This document shows positions 36,301-48,841 of a stretch of DNA of 64,000 bases, piece after piece. The notes under the pieces are model-generated. The model saw only the letters and a program-made list of their open reading frames with translations. It was not told where the DNA came from and made no database searches. Within the stretch, counting starts at the first letter, position 1, and each line of letters begins with the position of its first letter. Origin of the DNA: Fonticula alba ATCC 38817 (lineage: Eukaryota > Protista > Nucleariida); the NCBI GenBank assembly GCA_000388065.2, contig KB932203.1. The stretch is one strand, 5' to 3'. A program made the position numbers and the translations under genes.

Positions 36301-36711
36301 GCGGCACGGCATTGACAATGCTCAGGCCGATGCCCTTGAGGTTGACGGCCAGGTTGAAGGAGAAGGCAGAGCTGAGGGAGGCCAACTCGGTGTCCTCGTC
36401 CGAACCGTCGGCCCCGCCGGCCGAGGGGGGCTGTGCCAGCGAATCCGACGAGCCGGTCCGGGCGAGATCGCCCGCATCCGGGGTCGTCGGAGACGTGGCC
36501 TCGGGCGTCGTACCGGCGGCCCAGCCGTGCAGGCGCTTGATGAGCACCCCGCGCGGGCGGAGGGCCGCAATCGGGGCCATGATCTTGGCCCGCGCCGGCC
36601 GGACGTCACTGCAAGGGGAGAAGGTGATCGGGCGGGCGGGCGGGCGGGCGGGCGGGAGGGAGGTGTGCCAGACACAGGCAAATACACCCGGGGGGGGAGG
36701 GGGGAAAAAAC

Positions 36712-36742
<31 letters not shown>

Positions 36743-39700
36743 GGCGAAGGAGGAACATGTCAGTACACGCCGGCACAAGGGGAAGGCAGCAGACAGCCAT
36801 GTCGCCGCCGGGGCCATTGGAGCGTGGAGAGGGCGACCCACAGCCACAGGCACGCACTGATCACGGATGGTCACCACGGTGGCCGTGGACTTGATGTCCA
36901 CGGTGACCAGGACATAGCGCCGCGTCTGGGCCCCGGACTCGCGACTGGTCACCGTGATGGGAACCGGCTTGCGCCGGCCGATGACACGCAAATCCAACGG
37001 CAGCGACGCCGGCGGGATGGCGCACTCCGGCGAGTACATGGTCGAGCGCAGGGCATTCACCGCGTCGCCGGCATACAGCTTGACCAGGCGCTTCTCCGAC
37101 AGCGGGGTGTCCCACAGGAAGGGAACCACCTGCGAGGCCGCGGCGAAGTAGTGCCCGGCCACGGGGTTGCTGTCGGTCAGGTAGCTCTCCATGCGGTAGC
37201 CGGTGTCCGGCTCGGCGGCCACCCCGGTGGCCGAGGCGCACTCCCCCTGCACCAGGGCCATGTGGTACGAGGAGAGATTCACCAAACGGAAGGGGGCCTC
37301 ACTGCGGAAGGGGAACACCCGCACAAAGAGAACCGCCCCTTCGAGGGACACGTCCACCCGCACAACCGACACCTGCCCCTGCGGCGAGAAGATCCGCACG
37401 AAGGACTCGCCGACATTGTTGGCCGAGAAGCCGGCCGACCAGCGCCGGAATCCGTCCATCAGCTCGATCGACTGGCGCAGGGACAGGTTCAGGTCCTGGC
37501 CCTGCTGGAAGTGGAAGGCCGACGACTTGCCCGGGAGGATGGTGGTGATGCCCTCGTCCTGCTGCGGAGGCGCGCGGCATGCCATGGCCGTCGCACGTCC
37601 AAAGCCAAGGGGGCACCGGCCAGGGCAGGGCGAGGCGAGATGGCGAGGAAGGGGGGGGGGAAAAGCACCAGCCAGTCAGAGGGGGCCCCCGGAAGGGAAG
37701 GGAAAGGAGAGCGGCAGGCAGAACAGCGGGACAAAGCACGGTCGAGACCCGGGGAAAGGGGCCAGCCAAAAGCACAAGCAGGGGCAAGGGGGCGGGGNNN
37801 NNNNNNNNNNNNNNNNNNNNNNNNNNNGGGGGGGGGGGGGGCACAAGGGAGGGGACGTACGGTCGAACGGCCGGCCGAGGGGGCAGTCGTCGACTTCCGC
37901 AGGAAGGTCGACTTGCCCGTGCCCGCCTCGAAGTGGCGGAAGTCCAGCGACACATTGGTGTGGTTGACCAGGATGTAACGCGGCTTGAGGGTGATCACCT
38001 TGACCGACCGCAGTGAGGCGGCCACCTGCTGGTCGAGGGTGGACTCGGCCCCGGCCCCGGCCAGGCGGATCTCGCTGGCCAGCTGCCAGGCCTTGGTGGA
38101 CTTGCCAGCCCCGAGCAGGGTGACTTCGCCCTCGGACCCGACGGCCGCCGTGTTGAAGGGCTGGATGTGGCGGGGTCACGGAGGACAGGCGGTTAGTCAT
38201 CGAACCCGGTGCCCAAGGAGCCGGGCCATGCCGGGGGGGGGGGGATCCCATGCGCAGGGCATTCGCGTCCCCTGCAAAAGGGGGAAAAAAAAAAGACGAA
38301 AAAAGGGCAGGAGCATAACCAACGCACGCTGGACCACTGGGACTCGTGCACCCGCAGCGACGTCAGGGACTTCATGCTGCTGGTGACGTAGAGCGTCATC
38401 GGGCAGGATTGCGACCCGTCGACGCTGTTGAAGGTAGACAGCATCGTGAGGGCCGTGTCCTCCAGAGGGGTGGCATCACCGACGCCGATGGTGCTGGCGC
38501 TCATGCGGTTGGCATTGCGCACTTGCAGATCGAGGCCCGTCTTGTTGACGATGAGATACGGCGAGAAGATGGTCAGCGCCCGGGGCAGAGGATGCGACCC
38601 GGGGCCGGACACCAGCCGCCGGTGGGCCACCCGCAGCCCCAGCGGGTCCGGGCAGTTGTCCGTGAACAGGTCGATGGTCCCCTCGCCGGCGCCGGCCCCC
38701 ATGGAGGGGTCCAGGATGCGCAGGGCCTCACGCGAGCAGAAGGTGGCCGCCGGGCTGCGCCGATGCGACCCCAGCTGCGGCAGCGACAGCCCCATGTACA
38801 CCCGCCCGGTCACCGGCACATCGAACACCTCGCACCGGCTGCACGGGTCCAGGGTCCGAGAGAAGCCATTGACACTGTCGAAGGCCCGACGCTCGGTCTC
38901 CAGGCCGAAGGCCACCGGCGTCGGCAGGACATTCTCCAACACCAGCGGCGCAAACAGCCGCAGGTTCACCCGGCGCCCGGCGCCGGAGGAAGCAAAGCAG
39001 GCAGCCAGATGGAACACCGAGCGCGACCCATTGACCGGGTTGCACTCGAGCACGCCCCCGGACCAGGACGGCGCCCTCAGCAATTGCCCCGGCACCCCGG
39101 ACAGGTCCAGCGCCTGGCAGAAGTCGAAGACATCGGAGATGGCCGATCCGGACCCGAGGGACACCGAATGCGGCACCGGCCGCACCGCCAGGGCCCCATG
39201 CGGGAAGCAGGTCACCGGCAGGGCCAGCGTCCCGCCATGCGGCTGGACAACATGCCCGGCTGGCGGACCCCCGGCCGACCCGGCATCGGCCTTGGCCCCG
39301 GCCGGCAGGAAGACCACCTCCAGCGGCACGCTGGTGGCATTTTCCAACACCAGCGGCGACCGGAAATGCACCACCTTCAGGCCATCCACCACATTGATGT
39401 CCACCACCATGGGCACCCGGCGGAAGGTGGCCCCAGACCCGGACCCGGCCGTGCCGCCGGCGAGCCCACCAACACCGGCCACCACGGTGGAAGCCAGATG
39501 CGTCAGCCCGGCCAGCGGGGCGGCCCGAGTGGACCCGCGCGTCGGGGTCGACGGCGACTCGGCCACCGGCGAAGCGGCCACCGAGCCCGAGGAATCGCCA
39601 ACCGCCTGGCGCAGGGCCAACAACCGCGAACCGACCGTGGCCATGGAGAAGGAGGAAGCCGGCAGCCCATCGGCCCCGGCCGCCAGGCTGACCGACAGGC

Positions 39701-42700
39701 GCGAGGCCGCCACGGCGCTGGTGGCCGCCGCGGCCGCGGCCGCCGTGGCACCCATGGCCGCTGGCCGCACACCGAAGGCCGCCGACGACAGGCGCGACCC
39801 GTCGCCAGGCAGGGCCAGCAGGCTGGGCGTGGCGGACACCGCCGCCGGCGCACCCTCCGCCATGTCCACCAGGGCCAGGTGCAAGTCCAGCCCGGTGCTG
39901 TTGATCACCTCGAAGGCCGAGGACCGGGCACCGGCCGACCGGGCCGCCACCAGCAGCGTATTGTCGGCGGACACCTGCCCGGACAGCTCCTGGAACAGGG
40001 TCCCGGCACGCAGGAGATCCTGCAGCAGGTCGTGCGTGACCGTGCACTCCAGCCGCCGCGGGGCCAGCAGCTCGATGCTGGTGGCCTGCCCGATGGACAC
40101 CGACGCCGAGCAGGACCACTTCTCGATGACCGGCTCCCAGGCGGACCGGCGATTGTTGAAGTAGTTGACATAGAAGGACGGCGAGATGGACACCGCCATG
40201 GAGGTCACCTCGCCCAGGGACCCGGTCAGGTCCACGCTCAGCGGCAGGAAGCACACGTCGAAGAGCGGCGTGTTGGTCAGGCCCAGGTCATTGACCACGG
40301 TCAGGTGCAGCCCCTGCAGGTGCAGCGAAACCACCAGGGCCCGGGCTGCCGGATCCACGGCAGCGAGGCCCGGGGCATCGGCCGCCGCCGCCGCCGCCAC
40401 GGCCTGGGACTCGGCCGCCGTGTGCGACAGGAGCTCCTGCTGCCGGGCCGCATCGGCCAGAACCAGGTGCCGGTCGATCTCCGTCGGCCGGAGGATGTCA
40501 TGCGCGTCGACAATCTGGCAGCAGGAAGAGGGGGGGAGGGGGGAGGGGGGGACGAAGAGACGAACCAGGGAGGAGCCGAATGAAGGAGGAGCCCGGGAAA
40601 AAGAGTCAGACATGAGAGGGCACATGGCTCGCCAGGGGGAGGAGAGCGGCCGGCAGGGAGGCAGGCAGAGTCACGCACGGTGTCCGGCTTCGGGCGGCGA
40701 GCGTCGGCATTGAGGAACTGGCACCCGGTCAGGGTGCTGGCGATGTAGCCGCCGTAATTCGAGAGGATAATCAAACCCGCCAGGTTGATGGAGATGTTGG
40801 TCGGCTGCAGGGTCAGCCCCACACCGATGGACGTCTCCTTGAGGGTGAGCCCCACGCGGCAGCTCATCGGCGCCAACAGCGGCAGGGAGGACAGGTCCCG
40901 GGAGATCCGCTCGCCCGACAGGCTGAGCGACGTCACAACCAAGTCCAAACGCATGTCCGACCCGGAGGTGGCCAGGGACATGCTCGTTCGCGGCAGGGCC
41001 AGGCACAGGAGGGCCGGCGCGCTGGCCGCCGCCGCGGCCGCCGCCGCCACCTTGCCCGACTGCTCGGACAGCAGCGGCACAAAGAGCCGCGTGTCGGAGA
41101 TATGCAGCTCCAGGGTGAAGAGCGGCACGGCCGGCGGGTCCTCCGATGAGGACGCCACCCCGGCACCGGGGGCGGCCTCCGCGGGGTCGGCCGCCGGCTC
41201 CGAGCCACCGGCCGCCGGGACGATGGCCGAGCTGGAGCTCGATCGCGAGAGGGCCCCCTCGGCCGCGGCCTGGTCCAGAAGCTGGGACTGCGCACGGATG
41301 GACTGCAGGAACTGGTGATCCTGCACCGGGACAAGCAGGGTGTCCGCGCACCGGAGCAGCGGCTCCGGCACCAGGCGGAAGGTCGGCTCATGGATGTCCA
41401 CCGAGCAGAGGGTGTCCATGCCGGCGGACTTCTGCGACAGGGAGGTGGAAATCCGACTCACGGCGAAGAGCTCGTCCTCGCTGCCGTGACCGGTGGACCG
41501 CGCCGGGAGAGGCATCCGCGATGGTTAGTCGGAGGTGGGGGGGGGGGGGGGGGCAACGGCATGAGCGGACACCGTGGAGACAGGCTGGGCCGCCGGGCTT
41601 GGGGCCACACACAGCCATCCCAATGCGCGGAAGGCCGGGGCCGGGGTGGGGGCGGGCAGGGGAGAGAGAGAGAGAGGGGGGGGGGGGGGGGGGCAATCCG
41701 CAAACGCACCCAGACACAAAGAGCAGCGAGGACAGATGTGCCTCAACGGCCAGGTTGCCCGACTCGAAGAGGGCCACCTGCGCGGCGAGGTCCTTCAGGC
41801 GCAGCGCGCCGCATTCGACCATGGCACCTGCGAGTTGAATGGGGCCGGAGCGACGAAGAGGCAGGGGAAGGGGCAAGGCACAGGGGTCAGCCAATTCACC
41901 TGCAGCGGAGACACAGCCTTGCCTCTCCTCCCGGCGTGCCATAGACGAGGAGGAAAGAGAAAGAGAGGAAAGAGAAAGAGAGGAAAGAGAAAGAGAGGAA
42001 NNNNNNNNNNGAGGAAAGAGAAAGAGAGGAAAGAGAAAGAGAGGAAAGAGAAAGAGAGGAAGAGAGGCCAGCAGGACGAAAGCGCACCGTCATCGGTAGA
42101 CGAGGGGCCGCGCTTGTCAGCCACAATCGACAAGGACAGCCCGAGCGGCGCGCGAAGCTGGAGCTCCAGCTTGGTTGGCTGGGCACCGCCCGCCATGGCC
42201 GAGTCCTCCAGGTCCTCGGAGCCGGCTGAGCGGATGCTGGCCTGGTCGTCCTCCGACAGCGGGGCCTCGCTGTCCGAGTCGGTGGCAGCCCCTTCGGCCG
42301 GGGGGGCATCCGGGCCGGCCGCGGCCGGTCCCTGCAGAGCCGACAGCTTCTGCACCGCGAAGAGGAACCGGTCGACCATGGCCAGAAGCATGCCCACCTG
42401 GGCATCGGACACGGACAGGGCCACATGCTTGGCCAGGTCCGCGGTGATGAGCAGCCCCGGCGGGGTGGTGGCCGTCGTGGCCGCCCGGCCAGCGGCCGAC
42501 ACCTCGCCCGCGGCCGGGGCCGCCTGCAGCACCTGCAGCTGGCGCGAAATGCTTGTGTCGATGTCAAAGCCAGTCAACATGCTGGACGGCATGGCCGGCA
42601 CAGGGGCCTCGCCGTCGGCGGTGGCGCGGACCACGGCCGCCAGCTCGCGCCGCCGGCAGTGCGTCTCAATGCCGACGCCAGTCAACGAGGCACGAATGAC

Positions 42701-45052
42701 CTCCGTGGCCGCCGGGGTGGCAGACCCAGGGGCAATCTCCCGGCTCGAGGCCAGGGCCTTGTTCACCTGGTTGCTGGCGCGGATTTCCCCGAGGCTGATG
42801 CACACCGACTCGTCGGTCAGATCGCGCGCCACCTGGCTCGAGTCCCCGAGGATGCCGCCGACCGAAGACAGGAGGTTGATGCGCGGCGCGATCAGCCGCA
42901 CATCGAAGAGGAAGGGCGTGGCCAGGAAGTCATTGGCCGCGGCATTGGCCGCCGACAAGGGGGTACCCTCGTCCTTCGGGGCCGCGGCCCCGGACGACGC
43001 GGACACGCCATCCCCCTGGTCGCCGCCCGGCAGGGCCGCCTGCAATTGGGCCACCAGGCCCTCCACACGCGGCAGCAACACCACCAGGAAGGACACCGCC
43101 CGGTGGGCAAACTCCGGGAAGAGGGTCACATGCAGGGCATTGAGCCGCAGCAGGACCTGACGCTGGAGGTCCTCCGGGTTGATGGGGTTCGGGGTCTGAT
43201 CGAAGGACAGCTCCAGCGAATAGAGCGCCGAGGTGGCCAGGAGCTCGCGCTCCGCCTCGCGCGCGCTCAGACCACCTGCTCATGTGCAAAGGGCGGCGGA
43301 GCAGCCCCAGGGGCCGGGCGAGAGACCGGCGTCAAGAAGGGGAAAAGGAAACCGAGAAGAGGTGAGAAGAGGACAAAGGCAGAGCACAAGCATGAACACG
43401 ACGAATGCACGGGCAAGGAACAGAAACAGGGCCGATCGGCGGCCGGCAGCCCGACAAGCGCCAAGACCCCACACAGATGAGCCCACCGAAACGCACCCAG
43501 GGACAGGGTCAGGTGCATGGAGTTGTCCGGCTCCATGGCCAGGCTGGCCACCGTGCGGGTAAGCCCACACTCCAGCAGGGTTTGGCCCTGGTGCCCGGCA
43601 ACATTGATGAAGATCCCATCAAACTGGGCGCCCAGGCGGAAGGTGGGGGCGCCGCCGGCCGCAGCCGCAGCCGGAGCCGCAGCCGGAGCCGGAGCCAGGG
43701 TCGCGGCCTGGCCTGGCGCAGGGGCCCCCTTGGCGGTGGTCGGGGCTGCCGCGCTGACCGGTGGCGAGCCCGCGGGCAGGGCGGCACCCTCATCAGACGC
43801 CGGCCCCGGGACCGGGGCCTCCGGGAGCAGCTTCAGCAGCGACAGGAACCCGAGACAGCGGTCAGCCAGCACCAGCAGATCCAGCGGGTCGATCTTGATG
43901 AAGAGCGACCCGAGCAGGATGTGCAGGCGCGAGTCGAAGGACTCCGGCCCGGCACCGCTGTCGGCATCCAGCGACATCGGCGTCTCCCCCTGGGGGATGA
44001 TCACCGATGCCAAGACCGACTCGCGGATGAAGATCGCCGAGAAGATGGCATTCTCCTCGGCGGCCGTGGTGAAGAAGATGATCGGCTGCCCAAGACGCAC
44101 ATGTCCCGGGGCAGGGGCCGCCGCATCGACGCCAGTCCCGCCGGCCACAAAGTGGAAGCAGGCCAGGCTGCGCATCTTCGCATGAACGGCCATGCTGTCG
44201 AAGCCCATCTTCAGGCCGACATCCACCTCTGACAGGGAGGCGGCCAGGAGCGGGAGCACCGGCTCGCCCAGGGCACTGTGCATCAGCAGCGGAGGGAGGA
44301 GGGAGAGGGAGAGGGAGAGGGAGGGAGAGAGGGAGGGAGAGAGAGGNNNNNNNNNNNNNNNNNNNNNNNNNNNNNNNNNNNNNNNNNNNNNNNNNNNNNN
44401 NNNNNNNNNNNNNNNNNNNNNNNNNNNNNNNNNNNNNNNNNNNNNNNNNNNNNNNNNNNNNNNNNNNNNNNNNNNNNNNNNNNNNNNNNNNNNNNNNNNN
44501 NNNNNNNNNNNNNNNNNNNNNNNNNNNNNNNNNNNNNNNNNNNNNNNNNNNNNNNNNNNNNNNNNNNNNNNNNNNNNNNNNNNNNNNNNNNNNNNNNNNN
44601 NNNNNNNNNNNNNNNNNNNNNNNNNNNNNNNNNNNNNNNNNNNNNNNNNNNNNNNNNNNNNNNNNNNNNNNNNNNNNNNNNNNNNNNNNNNNNNNNNNNN
44701 NNNNNNNNNNNNNNNNNNNNNNNNNNNNNNNNNNNNNNNNNNNNNNNNNNNNNNNNNNNNNNNNNNNNNNNNNNNNNNNNNNNNNNNNNNNNNNNNNNNN
44801 NNNNNNNNNNNNNNNNNNNNNNNNNNNNNNNNNNNNNNNNNNNNNNNNNNNNNNNNNNNNNNNNNNNNNNNNNNNNNNNNNNNNNNNNNNNNNNNNNNNN
44901 NNNNNNNNNNNNNNNNNNNNNNNNNNNNNNNNNNNNNNNNNNNNNNNNNNNNNNNNNNNNNNNNNNNNNNNNNNNNNNNNNNNNNNNNNNNNNNNNNNNN
45001 NNNNNNNNNNNNNNNNNNNNNNNNNNNNNNNNNNNNNNNNNNNNNNNNNNNN

Positions 45053-45084
<32 letters not shown>

Positions 45085-48000
45085 CGATGCGTGTGCGGAT
45101 GAGTGAGTGAGTGACCGGGCGCCGGTGTGCCAGCGTGAGGGAAATGCAAAGCAGCAGGTGAAACGCCGACAGCGAAAGCAGGCAAGATGGGAGGCCCGGC
45201 CCGGGAGGAGGGAAGAACCGGCCCATTTCGCCCGGGCCCCGCATTCTCGCCGGCCAAACGCGGCGGGAAGATGCGGAGGAAGAGAAAGGAAAAAAAAAAG
45301 AGCGCCAGTAGGGGCAGAAAAACGCACCTGCCAGAAAGCTTCATGTTGGAGAAGTCCCGCAAATTCGGAGCAATACACTTGGCCAGGACAATGCTGAAGG
45401 AGAAGGGCGACAGCAGGTGGCAGGGGGTCTGGGACCAGGCGGCCTCCGAGACGGCTTGGGCACCGAGCGGCCGGGCGCCGGCCGGCGCGGGGACCAGCGC
45501 CGCCGCCGCCGTCGCCGCCGGGGTCTGCGGCGAGGCCGGCGACGAGGCCAGCCGGCCTACCAGCGACTCGAAGTCCTCGCCAACCAGAATCTCCAGCCCA
45601 TCGAGGGCCAGATCGAAGCGATCATACATCTGGAAGGACAGCGCCAGGAGATCAACCCCGGAGGGAGCACCCCCGGTGGCGGCAGCGGCCGCGGCGGCCG
45701 CCGGCACCAGTCGGCTCCGGACCGACACGGTGCCCAGGTCCACCAGCAGGCAGGATGCAGGCCCGGCGGCGCTCGGGGGCGACGGGAGCAGGAGCATCGG
45801 CGCGCGCAGCGACACGGCCAAGTCCACACGCTGGCGCTCGGCCAGATGCCGCTCCAGGCTGGACCGGGTGGTATCGCGCAGGCGGACCAGGCGCCGGGTG
45901 ACCCGGCGCTCCAGGGCCCGGAGCTCCGGATCCCCGGTGGCCAGGTCCAACACCGGCAGGAAGACCCGCAGCAGCCGGGCAATGAGCTCCGTGCCGCGGA
46001 CCGTGGCCAGGAGACCCTCCAGCCGGGCCTTGAGGCGCACATCGCACGAGTCATCCACCGGGGCCAGACACACGTCGGCCGTCAGGAGCGGCCCCTCGGC
46101 CGACGTGTCCGACAGCGAAATCCGATCAATCAGCCGGTGGGGAACCGGGTCAAAGAGGAAGAACCCCTGGCCCGGGCGACAGGCGAAGGCCCCCTCGCCG
46201 GAGGGAGTGATGGCCTGCCCGTCGCCGGGGCCGACCAGCGCCTCCGGCTCCGGCTGATGGACCGACGAGGCCGACACAAAGTCCAGCACCTCCAGCGCGC
46301 CCACCGACACCGAGGCATCGAGCGACGCGCCACCCGGGCGCAGGGCCACATCGGCCGCCAGGTCGCCGACGCTCAGATGCAGCAGCGGGTCAGCCACACG
46401 AGTGGGAGCCGCGCCGCCGGTGCCGGCACTGGCGGCCGCGGCTGCGGCCGCCGGCAGCACCGGCAGCCGGATGGACTCCTGCAGCCGGAAGCCGATGGAA
46501 CTGAGCCGGGCCCGGGCCTGGACCATGACGTAGTCCGGCTCGAAGAACACCTTGCTTTCGAGCTTCGGGTCGTAGTCGATGGCCTGCTCCAAAACACGGA
46601 GCTGCTCCTGTGGCAGGGTGGCATCCTTCTTGGACCCCATCAGCCACTCGCCCCAGGACACGGAGCTGGTGGCCACATTGGCCGACAGGCGCTCGCGGGC
46701 CAGCTGCCGCTCGGCCAGCGACCGGTAGAAGCAAATGTCCACGGCGTCCAGCTGCGACTCCAGAGCGTCCACCCGGGCGGTGGCCGACTTGCGCGACAGG
46801 ATGGAAGACTTCTGCAGCTGGAGGTACGCCTCGATGTAGGCCACACGCAGGTCGCGCCGGGCCCGGATAAAGGCCCACGTCGAGCGACGGCCCTTCTCAT
46901 GGATGTCATTCAGGACGGCGGAAACTGGTGTGCGTGCGCGTGCGCGTGCGCGTACGCGTGCGTACGAAAGGGGAGGGGGAGGGGGGAAAGAAAGAAGCCG
47001 AGACAAGGAAGACAAGTGGCGGCAGGAGGCGAGCAGGGAGGCGCTTCGAGGTGAGCATGACCCTGGCGGGAGGCAGCAAAGGAGCGGGAACCGACAAGCA
47101 TCAACGCACTGGCATACTTCCAGTAGGCGCGGGGGTTGGTCCGGATCGGCAGGCCGTATGACGGCCGGAAGCGCCGGTAGCGCCGGCCACGGTCAGCCTG
47201 CAGGAAGCTCGACGCCAGCCCCAGAGCCTGGGACACCTGGGCCTGGTTGACGGCCACACACACCGGGCCGAGGGTCGCATCAACCGTCACCTTGGGCGAG
47301 TCCTTGGCCGGGAGGGTGGCCAGGTCCAGGCGCAGGGTGGCCGTGAAGTCGATCGGGTACAGCAGGTAGCTGGCATCATTGCGGAGGTAAGCGCGGCCGA
47401 GGCGCAGGCCGGCCTGCTCGGCCACCTGCTCGGCGGCCGATGCGGCCAACAGTCGCGCCGGCCGCCGGGGGATGGTCTGACGGAAGAGCTGCAGATCCGC
47501 CGGGCCCGGGCGCGAGGGAACCGCCTTGGACCAGGGCCGGGCCACTTGCTCCTCCCAAATGACGGCCAAGTTGCGCAGAGCCAGGCTCTTGAAGGACATG
47601 CCGGCCGGCACGGGGGCCGATCCGCCCACGGTCCAGGCGCCATCGGTCGACTCGATGGTCAAGCTCTCCAGGACGACAGTGGGAGCAAAGACATCCTGCG
47701 GGCAACGAGCAGCAAGCAGAGAGGAGAGAGGCAAGGAGGGGGGGGAAGGGAGTCAGGGATTGGGCCGAGCCAGGGATTGGGCCGAGCCAGAGATTGGGCC
47801 GAGCCAGAGATTGGGCCGAGCCAGAGATTGGGCCGAGCCAGAGATTGGGCCGAGCCAGGGATTGGAAGCCCACTCGCGCGCGCATGGCCACGTACCGGGG
47901 CGCTGACCGAGTCCTCCACACGGATGGACACATTGGTCAGGGTGACTCGCAGGGAGGATACCACTCGGGCCAGGAGCTTGGCCACAAAGCCGGCACCCTG

Positions 48001-48841
48001 GCCGGGCGGCGCGGCCGACAGCGAGTCAAGGGCCTTCTTCTTGGCCTCCTCGAAGGCGGCAACCTGGCGCTTCTTGTTGGCCTGGTCGCGCTGGGCCTGG
48101 AGCTCGCCATCGAACTGGCCATGTGTACACACCACACGCAGGGGCATCCCGAGTGGGCAGGGACATGCGTGTGCGTTTGTTTGTGGGCGTGTTTCCATTC
48201 ATGCACATGCGGGGTTCCGGAGCATCGGTCAGAGCGTTGGCGGAGCAGGTAAGTATATAGTGACAGCCGGGCGGCGGGGAGTGGAAAAGGGCGGGGGGGG
48301 GCATGGGGCAACGAGAGCCGAGAAGGTGAAAGAGCGAAGAGGCCGCCATCGGAGAAGGCAGACGCACATCGCTCCAGAGCTCGGGGTGCACCACCACAAA
48401 CACGTCATTGACATGCACATCGATGGTGCCGTTGGCCAGATCAGTCCAGGGAATGCGGATCTGCAGGCGACCGACAAAGCCTGTGCACGCACACGCGCAC
48501 ATCAACACACACAAAGAGAGAGAGAGAGAGAGAGGCGATTCCACCCCGGCAACAGGAATGCCCACGGATGGCAGCACCAAAGGCACGTTAGCACCACACC
48601 CAGGGGGGGGGGGGGGGGTCTCGAGGGGGAGAGGATGTCACAAAGCCCGGGGGCGCGGCAACGGACCGGAGGTGATGGTGATCGGGATGTCCAGCGCCGC
48701 CAGGGCATCGGACTTGAGGCAAATGTTCTCAAGGCACAGGTTGCCCCTCAGCAGGCCGAGGTTGATCTGCGAGGGCTGGACATTCTCCAGAAACTGGCCG
48801 AGGAAGCGGTTGAGCACGCTCGACAGGAGGTTGCTCAGCAT
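33308..48841 (-). CDS. VPS13: VPS13-family bridge-like lipid transfer protein; multi-exon, spans gaps
   Basis: Chorein_N: MLSNLLSSVLNRFLGQFLENVQPSQINLGLLRGNLCLENICLK...G|FVGRLQIRIPW. VAB repeats: APLVLENVLP, SPYLIVNKTGLDL, VITLKPRYILVN, APFRLVN. VPS13_C: NLKGIGLSIVN, DLTVGQMQIDD. ATG2_C: GVVTKPLDGAKEEGLKGFLSGVGKG. PH-like end: IRIPRYI...LRPY. Stop TAG at 33308. Confidence 0.95.
41951..42062. repeat. 15-bp purine tandem repeat (GAGGAAAGAGAAAGA)n in a VPS13 intron, broken by a 10-N gap
   Basis: Read directly. Confidence 0.85.
44347..45052. other. assembly gap within a VPS13 intron
   Basis: N run flanked by (GA)n and poly-G. Confidence 0.9.
47756..47865. repeat. 17-bp minisatellite (GRGATTGGGCCGAGCCA x6 plus partial) in VPS13 intron 47696-47895
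   Basis: Six contiguous units counted (47756, 47773, 47790, 47807, 47824, 47841) plus GGGATTGG. There are no spacers. Confidence 0.95.

Noticed and set aside
34334-40583. Long plus-strand ORFs (34334-36124, 36161-37978, 38346-40583, 38428-40164)
   Set aside because: They are antisense shadows of VPS13 exons. Stop codons are rare at this GC content, and the translations have no motifs.
47756-47865. CRISPR-like direct repeats
   Set aside because: Units are contiguous with no unique spacers, no cas genes are present, and the context is a eukaryotic intron.
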